64,000 nt of DNA, from assembly GCA_049322915.1 (NCBI GenBank), contig JBMOPW010000003.1, positions 64,001-128,000 on the forward strand, read 5' to 3'. This document shows, piece after piece, positions 42,851 through 52,639 of this stretch. Under the pieces are notes generated by a model that was given only the letters and a program-made list of their open reading frames with translations, was not told the DNA's origin and ran no database searches. Position numbers and translations under genes: made by a program. Every line of letters begins with the position of its first letter. The first letter of the stretch is position 1. This DNA is from Candidatus Zhuqueibacterota bacterium. GTDB lineage: Bacteria; Zhuqueibacterota; Zhuqueibacteria; Thermofontimicrobiales; Thermofontimicrobiaceae.

Positions 42851-45082
42851 CTACTCTCTCAATTCGCTCTCAGTTAAATTCAGTCCTGATTTCATTGCCG
42901 TCAGTTTCAAATTTTCCAGCGTGGTCTCGCACGATTTATCCAGCGAATAGGCTATTTTAAATTGCTTCAATGCCTCTTCATAATCTTCTTCCAGGAAATA
43001 GATTCTGCCCAGGTAATTGAACGCTTCCACCATGTCCGGGAAAAATTCCCCGACTTTGCTCAGCAGCACGATCGCTGAATCCTTTTCGCCCATGAAATCG
43101 CTGATAACGCCGGCATTGTAAAGCGCTCGTCCCTGTTCCGGGAAAAAGTCGGCGATGTTCATAAATTCCTGGAAAGCCTTCTCGAACAAACCCTGGGCTG
43201 CGTACTCGTACCCGGTCTGAAACATGGTCTCCAGTCGTGATTTTGAATGCAATGGCTCCATCTCTTTTTGCTCTCTCACACAGCCCGCCGGCATCGACAA
43301 TTGAAACGAAACGCCGTACCATAGTTTCTCGCCATCGCGGATTTCATCTATAGTGACATTGTGCTGGTCGTGGAAAAATGAACGAAGCGAGTCCCGCTGA
43401 AAGCTTCGCAGAAATACCCCGGCGCGCGGCTCCGCAGACAGGAGCTCACTGCGAAGATTTTCGAATGGCCGGGCCAGTACCGCAATAAAGACATGCCCAT
43501 TCGGTTTCATCACCTGTTTAAGTTCATTCATCACCCGGGACATATCCAGCGCATGTTCCAGAATCTGGAATAGCAGCGCCGCATCGAATTGCTCCCCGTA
43601 AAAATAGCGAGTCAACTTGTGCGCCTTGCCTCTGACCCATTCCACCTGGCTCACATCGGTATAGACCGGCGGCGTCATTGTCTGTGCGAAGTGAATATTG
43701 TGTTCCGAAATATCCAGGCCGGTCACGTGATAGCCCAGATTGGCCAGGCTGAGGGCGTATTCGCCTTTGTGACATCCCACATCCAGGATGTTCAGAATAT
43801 CCCGTTTCTGCTGTAACTGATCCATCAGCCAGGCATAGCAGGGGTGATTGAAAATTTCTTCATCGAACGGAGTGGCCTTGCTTTGCTCTTCGTACAAATT
43901 CACATAGGCCATTTCATCCGTAAGATGCGGGTATTGCTGCTCCATGAAATTTCGCTTGCGCTGCAACAATTCGCTATCGCTGAATTTCGTCAGCGCCTTA
44001 TCGAGCAGCTTTTTCGCGCGGATCGGATTATCGGATAGCAAAAGCGTTTCGATATGGGCCAGCGTTTGCTGAAGATACAGCTCCTCAATATATCCCTTCA
44101 GCGATGCGTCAAAGTCGACAAAGGCGATTGACCCGCTTTCGAATTGCTGCCAGGCGCGCCGGGAAAATTTTTCCAGCAGGCTCGGTTCAAAGACAGCCCG
44201 GTCAATTTTCCTCTGGGTGCACAGACTGGCGATTTGATTCAATTCGGATTCCTGTTGCAGATAGTCGACGTACAGCATCCGGGTCACCGCGGCAATCGTC
44301 CGGTCGAACACGCGAAAATCATTAATCGATAAAAAAATATCAAACAGGTATTTCTGCACAGCGCCGGTCACTTCGTCCCGGTTCATCCTGTGAAAGGCCG
44401 CATTCTTCGGCGCCGTTGCATCATCGTGAAAGAAGGCCAGTTCTATCCGATCATTGTGCAGTTTCTCCAGCGCGCGGAACAGGCCATTGCTCTGAAAGTG
44501 GAGACTGTGCGCCTGATTTTCTGTCGGGAAATAACAGGTCAGGCAAATGTCGTGCTTCATGTAATAAGGCGCATCAACGTTGAGAGACTCACCCATTTGA
44601 GCCGCGCCAATTAAGCGAAGTTTGTATTCCACGGCCTCATGGTGCGCGCCGCTGCCGGCCGATGTTTTATATGCCGCTGTTGCAGCCGGGATATTGTTCA
44701 TCGCTGCGAGGCAATCGCCCATTCGCTCGTGAAGCCCGTCGTCGCTGCGCATCGTCGCCGCGCGCTGATAAAATTCAAGGGCGGTTTTATAATTTTTCTG
44801 ATGAAAGTGAAAATCGCCCGAATTGCGCACTGCAACCTCATCGAACGCATCCAATTCCACAGCCCCCTGGAAGCATTGCCCGGACTCAGCGAACTCGCCG
44901 ATCTCAAAATAGAGGCAGCCCAGATTGCTCCAGTGAACCGATTGCGCCGCGCCGGAATTCACAACAGAAGTCAAGCGCTCAATTTCGGCCTGAATGGCAG
45001 ACGCGGTCTCCGGCAGGGAGGCCTGGTCCAGCCGCTCCGCAACGGCAATGTCTAAATGTTTGGGATCAAACTCAATTTTCAT
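42851..45082 (-). CDS. TPR-repeat protein with a class I SAM-dependent methyltransferase domain
   Basis: N- and C-terminal TPRs. SAM motif ILDVGCHKG, plus GLDIS, FQILEH and MKPNG. Confidence 0.85.
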   Translation of the reverse strand: MKIEFDPKHLDIAVAERLDQASLPETASAIQAEIERLTSVVNSGAAQSVHWSNLGCLYFEIGEFAESGQCFQGAVELDAFDEVAVRNSGDFHFHQKNYKTALEFYQRAATMRSDDGLHERMGDCLAAMNNIPAATAAYKTSAGSGAHHEAVEYKLRLIGAAQMGESLNVDAPYYMKHDICLTCYFPTENQAHSLHFQSNGLFRALEKLHNDRIELAFFHDDATAPKNAAFHRMNRDEVTGAVQKYLFDIFLSINDFRVFDRTIAAVTRMLYVDYLQQESELNQIASLCTQRKIDRAVFEPSLLEKFSRRAWQQFESGSIAFVDFDASLKGYIEELYLQQTLAHIETLLLSDNPIRAKKLLDKALTKFSDSELLQRKRNFMEQQYPHLTDEMAYVNLYEEQSKATPFDEEIFNHPCYAWLMDQLQQKRDILNILDVGCHKGEYALSLANLGYHVTGLDISEHNIHFAQTMTPPVYTDVSQVEWVRGKAHKLTRYFYGEQFDAALLFQILEHALDMSRVMNELKQVMKPNGHVFIAVLARPFENLRSELLSAEPRAGVFLRSFQRDSLRSFFHDQHNVTIDEIRDGEKLWYGVSFQLSMPAGCVREQKEMEPLHSKSRLETMFQTGYEYAAQGLFEKAFQEFMNIADFFPEQGRALYNAGVISDFMGEKDSAIVLLSKVGEFFPDMVEAFNYLGRIYFLEEDYEEALKQFKIAYSLDKSCETTLENLKLTAMKSGLNLTESELRE

Positions 45083-45263
45083 AGCACCTGTAATTCTTTT
45101 GTAAAATTATCATTTGTAGTACATCCCGAACGGGGCGCCTATTCCGGGACATACGTCCTGGCCATCGTCCGCATCGGTTGGATGTCCTGTGCCATCATTT
45201 TTTAGGAATCGGGCAACTCCGGTGAAATCATCGCTGTATCTGCCGGGCTGGAATCGCCGTCAA

Positions 45264-46685
45264 TCAATTGGAATGAATATTAGAAATGGAAAGCAGATCC
45301 ACCAGGCTATAATCATAGTCAGTCCGCGATCGTTTGGGTTTGAGCAGCAAATCTCCGACACCCTGAGTCAGCACATCTGCCAGTTGGCGATATTCTGACT
45401 GGTCCAGAATATGGCAACAGTCCAGGATGATCGGCCGATTGAGTTTCTGTTTCAGCACATTCACTGGCAGTGCTGCGAATTCCGGCCAGGCCGTTGCCAG
45501 GACAAACATATCGCAGGCGGCAAAAATTTCCTCGATTGAGCCGGCATAGCTCACATTGTCCATCATCGCCTCGCGCGCGACTGCCATGGCCAGAGGGTCG
45601 TACACCGTCACAGGAATGTCCTGCTTGTACAACCAGGTCGCCAATTTTATGCCTGGCGAATTTTTGACAATGTCGGTCTGGGGCAGAGAAGCCAGCCCTA
45701 AAATGCCGACCCGGCCGCCTTCCGGCAGGTATTTGAAAATGATGTCCATCATCCGATGAACCTGGCGGCTCAGCAGCGATTCCACCGTTTCCACCAATGG
45801 CGTGGCTTTCGTGTGCTGGCTGTACAGGTAGCGGAGCGCCCGATTTTCGTGACTCAGCCGGATATTGAACGGATTGGCCAGCCAGGTATCAATTTTCAAT
45901 TTTTCCTGACCATCAAGATTCAATGATTTCAAAAGAGCGCTCCAGTCCGCGCCGGGCAGGCTTTCGCACATCTCAGCAAACACATGGGAGAACGATAGTT
46001 TTGTGGCCAGATAGGTGAACGCGGCAATTCGCGCCACTTCCGCATTGATGAAATTCATCCTCTGAATTGGGGCCCGATCCTCAATAATTTTATGCAGCAA
46101 ATCGACTATGGCATCGCCGGAATTGACATCGGATTGCCCCAGAATAGCAATCTCCGGCTGGCGCACATCATGAATTGTCCTGCCGGGAGTTGTGAAATCC
46201 GGCCAGTAGCAGAGTCCGAAACCGGCGCCGCATTCTTTCCCGGTCTGTTTTTCCAGCATCGGCAGCAGCACCTGATCGATTGTGCCGGGCATGGTTGCGC
46301 TGACTATCACAATGAGATGAAAATTGTCCTTCAATTTTATTTCTGCGGCCAGATGGGTGAGAATCGTTTCCAGCGGCTTTGATGAAAATGCGCCGGACAA
46401 TTCCTGAAAATTTGCCACAGTCACAAATGTCACACGGGAGTGATTGACAATATCGAAATAGTTCGGCGCGGACTTCAAGCGGGGTCGGTTTTCTTTCAGC
46501 AGGTCGTCCAGTCCCGTCTCCAGAACCGGCGCCAACCCTTTCTGAAACATCTTTCGTTTATAGTTATCCTCATCGAATCCCAGAATCGAATATCCTTTTT
46601 CAGCAAAGCAGGCGGCCAGGGATACCCCCAATCGTCCCAATCCCACGATTGAAATATTATTGAAATCATTCTTTTGATCCAGCAT
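45264..46685 (-). CDS. UDP-glucose/GDP-mannose dehydrogenase-family protein (active site degenerate)
   Basis: VGLGRLG, P..ETGL..LL, SATMPGT, GILGLA..P.TD, YDP.A and TAWPEF are present. The GGxC motif is absent. GGAGG precedes ATG 46685. Confidence 0.8.
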   Translation of the reverse strand: MLDQKNDFNNISIVGLGRLGVSLAACFAEKGYSILGFDEDNYKRKMFQKGLAPVLETGLDDLLKENRPRLKSAPNYFDIVNHSRVTFVTVANFQELSGAFSSKPLETILTHLAAEIKLKDNFHLIVIVSATMPGTIDQVLLPMLEKQTGKECGAGFGLCYWPDFTTPGRTIHDVRQPEIAILGQSDVNSGDAIVDLLHKIIEDRAPIQRMNFINAEVARIAAFTYLATKLSFSHVFAEMCESLPGADWSALLKSLNLDGQEKLKIDTWLANPFNIRLSHENRALRYLYSQHTKATPLVETVESLLSRQVHRMMDIIFKYLPEGGRVGILGLASLPQTDIVKNSPGIKLATWLYKQDIPVTVYDPLAMAVAREAMMDNVSYAGSIEEIFAACDMFVLATAWPEFAALPVNVLKQKLNRPIILDCCHILDQSEYRQLADVLTQGVGDLLLKPKRSRTDYDYSLVDLLSISNIHSN

Positions 46686-46727
46686 TGCGTCCTCCAATTC
46701 GGCAGTTATGACATTTGGTTCGATTTT

Positions 46728-47840
46728 TTACAGCACCCGCAATGTCTTAATTTTTTCCATGGTGACATCTTCCGACTTCTCGATGATTCTGCCGGATGAA
46801 TTCACATAAAAACGTATGAGTGGTTCGCCTTCGATGAACATGAGGTGGTTTTTGTAATAGAGCGGGAGCGAGTCGGCGTTGAACACCGGCTGCAAATAAA
46901 TTCTATTGAACATGAGGCTTTCCCCGACCAGGCAGCGGGATACGTGACCGGAAAATATTTTGGTGGACCACATTCGAAATAAAATATCGCGCAATGATTC
47001 GGTCAGGATATTCCCGAATGAAATGTGGATGAATCGGCAGGGACAGACACTCCCATCGGATAAAATGTGAATCGATTTCCACCCGGCCGGACATTGGTAC
47101 AGTCTGCCATCCTGAGTAAAATCCGCTTTCACATGCGGCAGTTGAAAAAATTGGCGCACATAGGCCAGTTCATCTCGTGTCAGTAAAAAATTATATTCGC
47201 CGGTGTACCCGGCCACCAGCGCCGGATAATGGACGTTCAATTGAATTTTTTGTCCTTCTGCCAGACGCACAATTTTCTTGAATTCACCATTGTCAATATT
47301 CTCATGGGTTGGCATCACCTCCATGGTGCAGTTAATTTTCATCTCCCGCGCCGAGTGAAATAGCTGGAATATCTGTTCGAATGAGCCGGGCATGACCAGC
47401 GTCCGATCGTGAGTCGCTGCGCTCGATCCAAACACCTCCAGGCGTATTTCCTTCAGCCCTGCCTTTTTAAATTCACGCAGCCAGCGAGGATCGCTGTAAT
47501 AGCCATTCGTAACAAGCGCCGTGGTGATGCCTCTGTTGCGAAACTGAGCGAGAATGTCGGCCAAATCCGGGCGCAGAATTGGCTCACAGCAATAAAATGT
47601 GCAATGAGCGCAATTGTTTTTTGCCAGTTGTTCAGCGACAAACACTGCCTCTTCCAGAGAAATTAATTGCTTGAAGTTCGGCTGCACGCGAAGCAGCGAA
47701 TGCGGACAGGAGTGGCACCGCGAGAAACAGCGAGCGTCCAGGAGCAGGTTCGCATCGGACAAAAAATGCCGGCTCTTTCTTGTCTTCCACTTCCGAAGCA
47801 AGGTGTTTTTAATGAATAGCAAGTAATTCGAATGTGCCAT
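46728..47840 (-). CDS. Radical SAM protein with a SPASM/twitch domain
   Basis: CxxxCxxC (CFSRCHSC), TNG and CPAG..I..DGSVCPC. Confidence 0.82.
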   Translation of the reverse strand: MAHSNYLLFIKNTLLRKWKTRKSRHFLSDANLLLDARCFSRCHSCPHSLLRVQPNFKQLISLEEAVFVAEQLAKNNCAHCTFYCCEPILRPDLADILAQFRNRGITTALVTNGYYSDPRWLREFKKAGLKEIRLEVFGSSAATHDRTLVMPGSFEQIFQLFHSAREMKINCTMEVMPTHENIDNGEFKKIVRLAEGQKIQLNVHYPALVAGYTGEYNFLLTRDELAYVRQFFQLPHVKADFTQDGRLYQCPAGWKSIHILSDGSVCPCRFIHISFGNILTESLRDILFRMWSTKIFSGHVSRCLVGESLMFNRIYLQPVFNADSLPLYYKNHLMFIEGEPLIRFYVNSSGRIIEKSEDVTMEKIKTLRVL

Positions 47841-47908
47841 GAGAGTCGTGAAATAAAAATGCGGTTCCCCAGTACAACATTTTGGTTAGCTCGTCAGCGA
47901 ACGTCGTT

Positions 47909-48166
47909 TCATCCCTCTTTTTTGTCCTGCGAATCTGAATCCTGTTTCTCGTCGGGTGATTGCTTTTCTGCACCCTGGCCATTGGCTTTGGCCGCTTTGT
48001 GATTCTCCTCGCGAATTCGCTCGTACACCTCTTCGCGATGGATGCTGATATGGCGCGGCGCTTCAATGCCCAAACGGACATGACCTTTCTCTATCTCCAA
48101 AACAGTAATTTTTACATCATCTCCAATTGTAATGCTTTCATTCAACTTCCTTGTAAGGATTAACAT
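47909..48166 (-). CDS. csrA: Carbon storage regulator CsrA
   Basis: MLILTRKLNESITIGDDV...VRLGIEAP..ISIHREE, with an AGGAG RBS. Confidence 0.96.
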   Translation of the reverse strand: MLILTRKLNESITIGDDVKITVLEIEKGHVRLGIEAPRHISIHREEVYERIREENHKAAKANGQGAEKQSPDEKQDSDSQDKKEG

Positions 48167-48231
48167 ACATGCTCCTTTCCCGATTCATCCACCCCGACAC
48201 AGTTTTCAAATTCATTCATCCATTCAAAACA

Positions 48232-48969
48232 TCATCGCTCATCATTCACAGAAGAGACGGCTTCGGGAATGCTTTGCACCGACTGGCGCTCAAATTTAAA
48301 ATCGATGATTTCCAACAGTTTCCCCATGTGCAAGGTCGAAAACATACCGGCCAGGCCCTGGTTCAGATTGGCAACTCTCAATGTTCCCTCTATTTTTTTC
48401 AATCGCTTATTCAGCAGGACAAGCAGCCCAATGCCCGTGCTATCCATCGTGGCCACCCGCCCGAGATCGATAATGAAATCATATCGCCCATTTTCGATCA
48501 ATCGATCGATCACTTTTTCCACCCTGGCCGTATTGGACGAATCCAGGCGGTGCTGACATTCAATGACGACTTCCCCGGTTTTCAGCTCGATGACTTTCGT
48601 ATCTGATCCAATGTGTCGTTCCATCGCCTTTTCCAGATCATCGTCGCCAAATGGCATAATGAGCACGTCGTCAAAACCCACGGTTTCCACAAGCGATGTG
48701 AAACACTGGAGATTCCAATGGCAGATGGCAATTTTGGGGACCTCGTGAAGTTGCCGCATGGATTTAATAGTATCCGCCAGTTTGATGCTTTCCGAATTCA
48801 CAAGGAAAAATTCAACGATAATCAGATCGGGCAATGTATGGCGCAGCTTCTTTTCAATTTCGATTCGATCCTTCATGTGAAAAACTGTGTAGCTTTTGCC
48901 CTTGAGATACGTGTTCAGATCTTCCGTGACTCCGGGGAGCGTATTGCAAACAAAAATATTTTCACCCAT
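48232..48969 (-). CDS. Pseudo-receiver plus STAS (anti-anti-sigma) fusion protein
   Basis: Receiver-like N-terminus (PDLIIVEF, Glu in place of the phospho-Asp). C-terminal STAS IDLGRVATMDSTGIGLL. Confidence 0.78.
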   Translation of the reverse strand: MGENIFVCNTLPGVTEDLNTYLKGKSYTVFHMKDRIEIEKKLRHTLPDLIIVEFFLVNSESIKLADTIKSMRQLHEVPKIAICHWNLQCFTSLVETVGFDDVLIMPFGDDDLEKAMERHIGSDTKVIELKTGEVVIECQHRLDSSNTARVEKVIDRLIENGRYDFIIDLGRVATMDSTGIGLLVLLNKRLKKIEGTLRVANLNQGLAGMFSTLHMGKLLEIIDFKFERQSVQSIPEAVSSVNDER

Positions 48970-49095
48970 CTTTCTTCCCGTGCGCTTATCTGTCCTATTC
49001 AATTGTAGATAATGTGATTTGTCCGCTGCAATAGACCACCGGCCAGTCAGTCCTTTTTTGACTCCGGCTTCTTCCTGAATAGTGAAGGGACTCGC

Positions 49096-49503
49096 TTATT
49101 CTGCAAATTCGAATCGGTTGTCCGCTTTACCATCATCCTTCTTCGTCGCCGGGGAACGCCCCGGACGCGCCGTCAGCATTTTGAGCAACTGCCAATCGTC
49201 GTCGTTCAACTGCATCCTGTCCGCGATGAGAACCGCCTCGTATCCAGCATTTCTCAACTGGCTCACCCGCAACAGCGTTTGCCGAAGCGAGACGCGCAGT
49301 TCTTCCCAGGTATGTTCGGGATGCCCATTTCCATCATTCAGGCTCAGACTGTTTGCAAGCAAATTGGGGATGGCCACCTTTTCCACTTTTGTCACGCGCC
49401 GAAATTTCCGCTTTATCGTGTAGCTCTTTTTCGCCAGCGGTTCAAAATCCAGACGTTGCTCAATGCTGGTTCTATCGTTGAGTCTTCTCATCCACACCAT
49501 CAA
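49096..49503 (-). CDS. Hypothetical protein, first gene of the sigma28-like unit
   Basis: 135 aa ORF, co-directional with the cluster. Start is uncertain. Confidence 0.55.
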   Translation of the reverse strand: MMVWMRRLNDRTSIEQRLDFEPLAKKSYTIKRKFRRVTKVEKVAIPNLLANSLSLNDGNGHPEHTWEELRVSLRQTLLRVSQLRNAGYEAVLIADRMQLNDDDWQLLKMLTARPGRSPATKKDDGKADNRFEFAE

Positions 49504-49538
49504 CCATTTTATTTCTATTCGCTTAGACTTTTAATATC

Positions 49539-49566
49539 ATATCGACAGGCCGCATGAAATTCCTTA
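49539..49566 (-). promoter_or_regulatory. Putative sigma28 (FliA/SigD) promoter
   Basis: Minus strand reads TAAG-N16-GTCGATAT; the consensus is TAAA-N15/16-GCCGATA(A/T). Confidence 0.55.
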
Positions 49567-49785
49567 ACAGATAATCCAATCTTTTCGCTTTGAATCTGAG
49601 CGAAAACTGGGACGGACGCCATAAATCCGGCAACGGAGCTGTATCGGAAATCAGCCACGCGATGGATGTTCTCTGCCAGGTAGGCTCTGTTTTGCCACCT
49701 GCGACTTTGGCTGGCGCCGGGAGCGCCGCCACTAAAAACGAAAAAATTCAGCCTGGCCGGAGCGGTTTGATGTTCATTTCAAACC

Positions 49786-49819
49786 AAAAAAAAAGGTGAT
49801 TGACTAATCAACCACCTTC
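49786..49819 (-). terminator. Rho-independent terminator of the hdr cluster
   Basis: Plus strand reads AAGGTGATTGA-ctaa-TCAACCACCTT, preceded by an A-run (a U-tail on the minus strand). Confidence 0.8.
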
Positions 49820-49846
49820 TGTTGCTGAGCAAGAATTGAAATTTGA

Positions 49847-52336
49847 CTACATCCGCGCCGGCGCAGCAGATTTTTCCGGAGTTGCCTGCTCTTTGGCTGC
49901 GCGCTCCTTCTTCGGCCTGGCTTCTTCGGCCAACACTTTCATGGTATATTCCACTTCATCCTGGGTGACTTTCTGGCGCATTTCTTCAACGGCTTTCATC
50001 ACTTTGGCCCATTTCTGCCCTTCGGCCGCGCTGACCCACTCCAATTGCAGCCGCTCCGGCCGAATGCCCGCCTTTTCCAATTTATCCCACAGTTTCTCCA
50101 CGCGCTTTTGCGTGGCGCGGTTGGCGTCGATGTAATGGCAATCCGCAAAGTGACAGCCGGAGACCAGCACAATGGGCGCGCCCAATTTGAACGCATGCAG
50201 CACAAATTTGTCTTTGACGCGCCCGCTGCACATGGTGCGGATGATGCGGGCGTTGGCAGGAAATTGCAGCCGCGACAACCCGGCCAGGTCAGCCCCGGCG
50301 TAGGAGCACCAGTTGCAGGCAAAGGTGACAATTTTGTCCATGTTGTTTTCCGACAGAATCGCTTCGATTTGCGCGTACATCTGAGCATCGGAGAAATGCC
50401 GCATGGTGATGGCGTCGAAGCGGCACTCGGCGCTGCACGTGCCGCAGCCCTTGCACGACGCTTCAATCACCCGCGCCGGCAGTTTCGATTTTTTATCGAA
50501 TACAATGGCGTTGAAGGGACACACATTGGCGCAGATTCCGCACATGGTGCAGGCTGCCTCATCCACCTGCGCTGTAATCGCTTCGATTTTAATTTTGCCG
50601 GCTGAGAGCAACACCCCGGCGCGCGCCGCTGCCGCACTGGCCTGGGTGACGCTGTCTTTCACGTCTTTGGGGAATTCGGCGCAGCCGGCAAAGAACACGC
50701 CGCCGGTGGGCGCATCCACCGGTTTCAACTTGGGATGCGATTCCATGAGGAACCCGTCCGCGGTGCTGGACAGGCTCAATAGCTTTTTCACCGTCTCGTT
50801 ATCTTTACGGGGAATGACGCCGACCGAAAGCACTACCATATCCAGTTCGTGCTCTTCCAGAGTCCGCGTCGTTGTATTTTCCACCGTGAGGTGGAGCTGT
50901 CTGGTCTTCGGATTTTCCTCGATCTCTCCCGGTATGCCGCGAATGTACATCACTCCGGCTTCTTTGCTGCGCATGTACAGGTCTTCGAACCCCTTGCCAA
51001 AGGCGCGAATATCCATGTAAAAAACCTTGACTTCGACATCCGGGTAATGATCCTTAAGGAGCAGGCTGTCCTTCACCGTGTTCATGCAGCAGATGTTGCT
51101 GCAATAGGGATTGCCCCGCTCCGGGTCCTGGGTTCGCGAGCCCACGCACTGGATGAAGCCGACTGTCTTCGGCGTCTGGTGATCCGTGGGACGAATGAAA
51201 TGTCCCTGGCTGGGTCCTTCGGAGCAGATGAGCCGTTCGAATTCCATGCTGGTGATGACATTCTCGAACCGCGTGTAGCCGTAATCATCCAGCCTGGTCG
51301 GATCGTACACATCCATCCCGGTGGCGACAATGACGGCTCCCACCGTCACATTCAGCATTTCGTCGCGCATGTCATAATCGATGCACTTTTTATCGCATGC
51401 GTCGTAGCATTTGCCGCAGGCAATGGGATTGTTGCCGAGGCAATTTTCCATATCCAGAATGTATGCGGAAGGCACTGCCTGTGGAAACGGCATGTAAATT
51501 GCCTTTCGCGATGACAGCCCCATCTGGAATTCGTTGGGCACAATAATGGGGCAGACTTTGAAACACTCGCCGCACGCCGTACATTGCTTTTCGTTAACGT
51601 ACCGTGCTTTTTTACGGATGGTCACCTGAAAATTACCAACGTAACCGGAGACGTTTTCGACCTCGCTGTAAGTGAGCAGTTTCACTCGTGGATGTCGACC
51701 GACATCCATCATTTTCGGACCTAAAATTCATATCGAGCAATCCATTGTTGGGTAGGTTTTATCAAGCTGGGCCATGAGTCCACCGATGGATGGCTGTTTC
51801 TCCACAAGGTACACTTGAACGCCGGTATCAGCCAGATCCAGCGCCGCCTCGATGCCGGCAATACCGCCGCCGATGACCAGCGCCTTGCGGTCCACCGGCA
51901 CTTCCATTTCATGCTGAACCGTTAAATGCCTGGCCCGCGCCACCGATACTTTCACCGTGTCCTTTGCCTTCCTCGTTGCAGCGTCTTTGTCGTACAGGTG
52001 GACCCAACTGCAATGCTCCCGGATATTGGCCATTTCGAACAGATAAGGATTCAGGCCTACTTCGGCCACGCAATTGCGGAACGTCGGCTCGTGCATCCGC
52101 GGCGTGCAGGAGGCCACAACAACGCGATTGAGCTTGTGTTCCACAATATTTCTTTTGATTTCCATCTGGCCGGGATCCGCGCAGGTATACCGATTGACGC
52201 ACGCAAAAGCGACATCCGGCAGCGTGGCCGCATAGTCACTCACTGCGTGGCAGTCGACCGAACCGGCGATGTTCAGCCCGCACTCGCAGACAAACACCCC
52301 GATCCTCAGTTCCGTATCATTCAATTTTTCTGCCAT
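49847..52336 (-). CDS. hdrA: Heterodisulfide reductase subunit A fused to a C-terminal MvhD domain; predicted selenoprotein (Sec203, TGA at 51728-51730)
   Basis: ORFs 51728-52336 and 49847-51712 are in one frame, joined as [21 protein letters not shown]. Contains CECG, GGGIAG, ferredoxin motifs, QCVGSR..CSNICC and MvhD CNWCSY..GCH..DCHY. Confidence 0.92.
51689..51708 (-). promoter_or_regulatory. Candidate bacterial SECIS element (hdrA-mvhD fusion)
   Basis: Perfect 8 bp stem TGGATGTC-GGTC-GACATCCA. The loop starts 27 nt after the UGA. Confidence 0.78.
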
Positions 52337-52560
52337 CTTGATTCCTCAATTCTGGTTTTTATGTTATTACCCAGCAACTTTTGCAAATTTGAGCAAAAGA
52401 ATTATATTTGAACCGGTCATATAGTTTTACTATGTGCGGCTATGCCGCGCTGGGAATAGGGGAAGGATTTACAGATTTTGTTCCAGTATTTTCTATTTAA
52501 AAAAATATAACACATTTTTGTCTACCACTTTTCTTTCTTTTATTTTTAACACAATTAAAA

Positions 52561-52600
52561 ATCCGTGAGAATCTGTGTTATCCGTGTCATCCGCGTTCTA
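52561..52600. repeat. Short-period ATCCGTG-type intergenic repeat
   Basis: atccgtg-aga-atctgtg-tt-atccgtg-tc-atccgcg, with a partial inverted partner at about 52463-52479. Confidence 0.55.
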
Positions 52601-52639
52601 TGTTTTTTAATGTTTACTTCGTTAGAATTTGATATAGAA

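Noticed and set aside
52370..52454. Small element with CCCAGC...GCTGGG ends
   Set aside because: Only a 6 bp inverted repeat, no target duplication and a single copy in the window, which is too weak to call.
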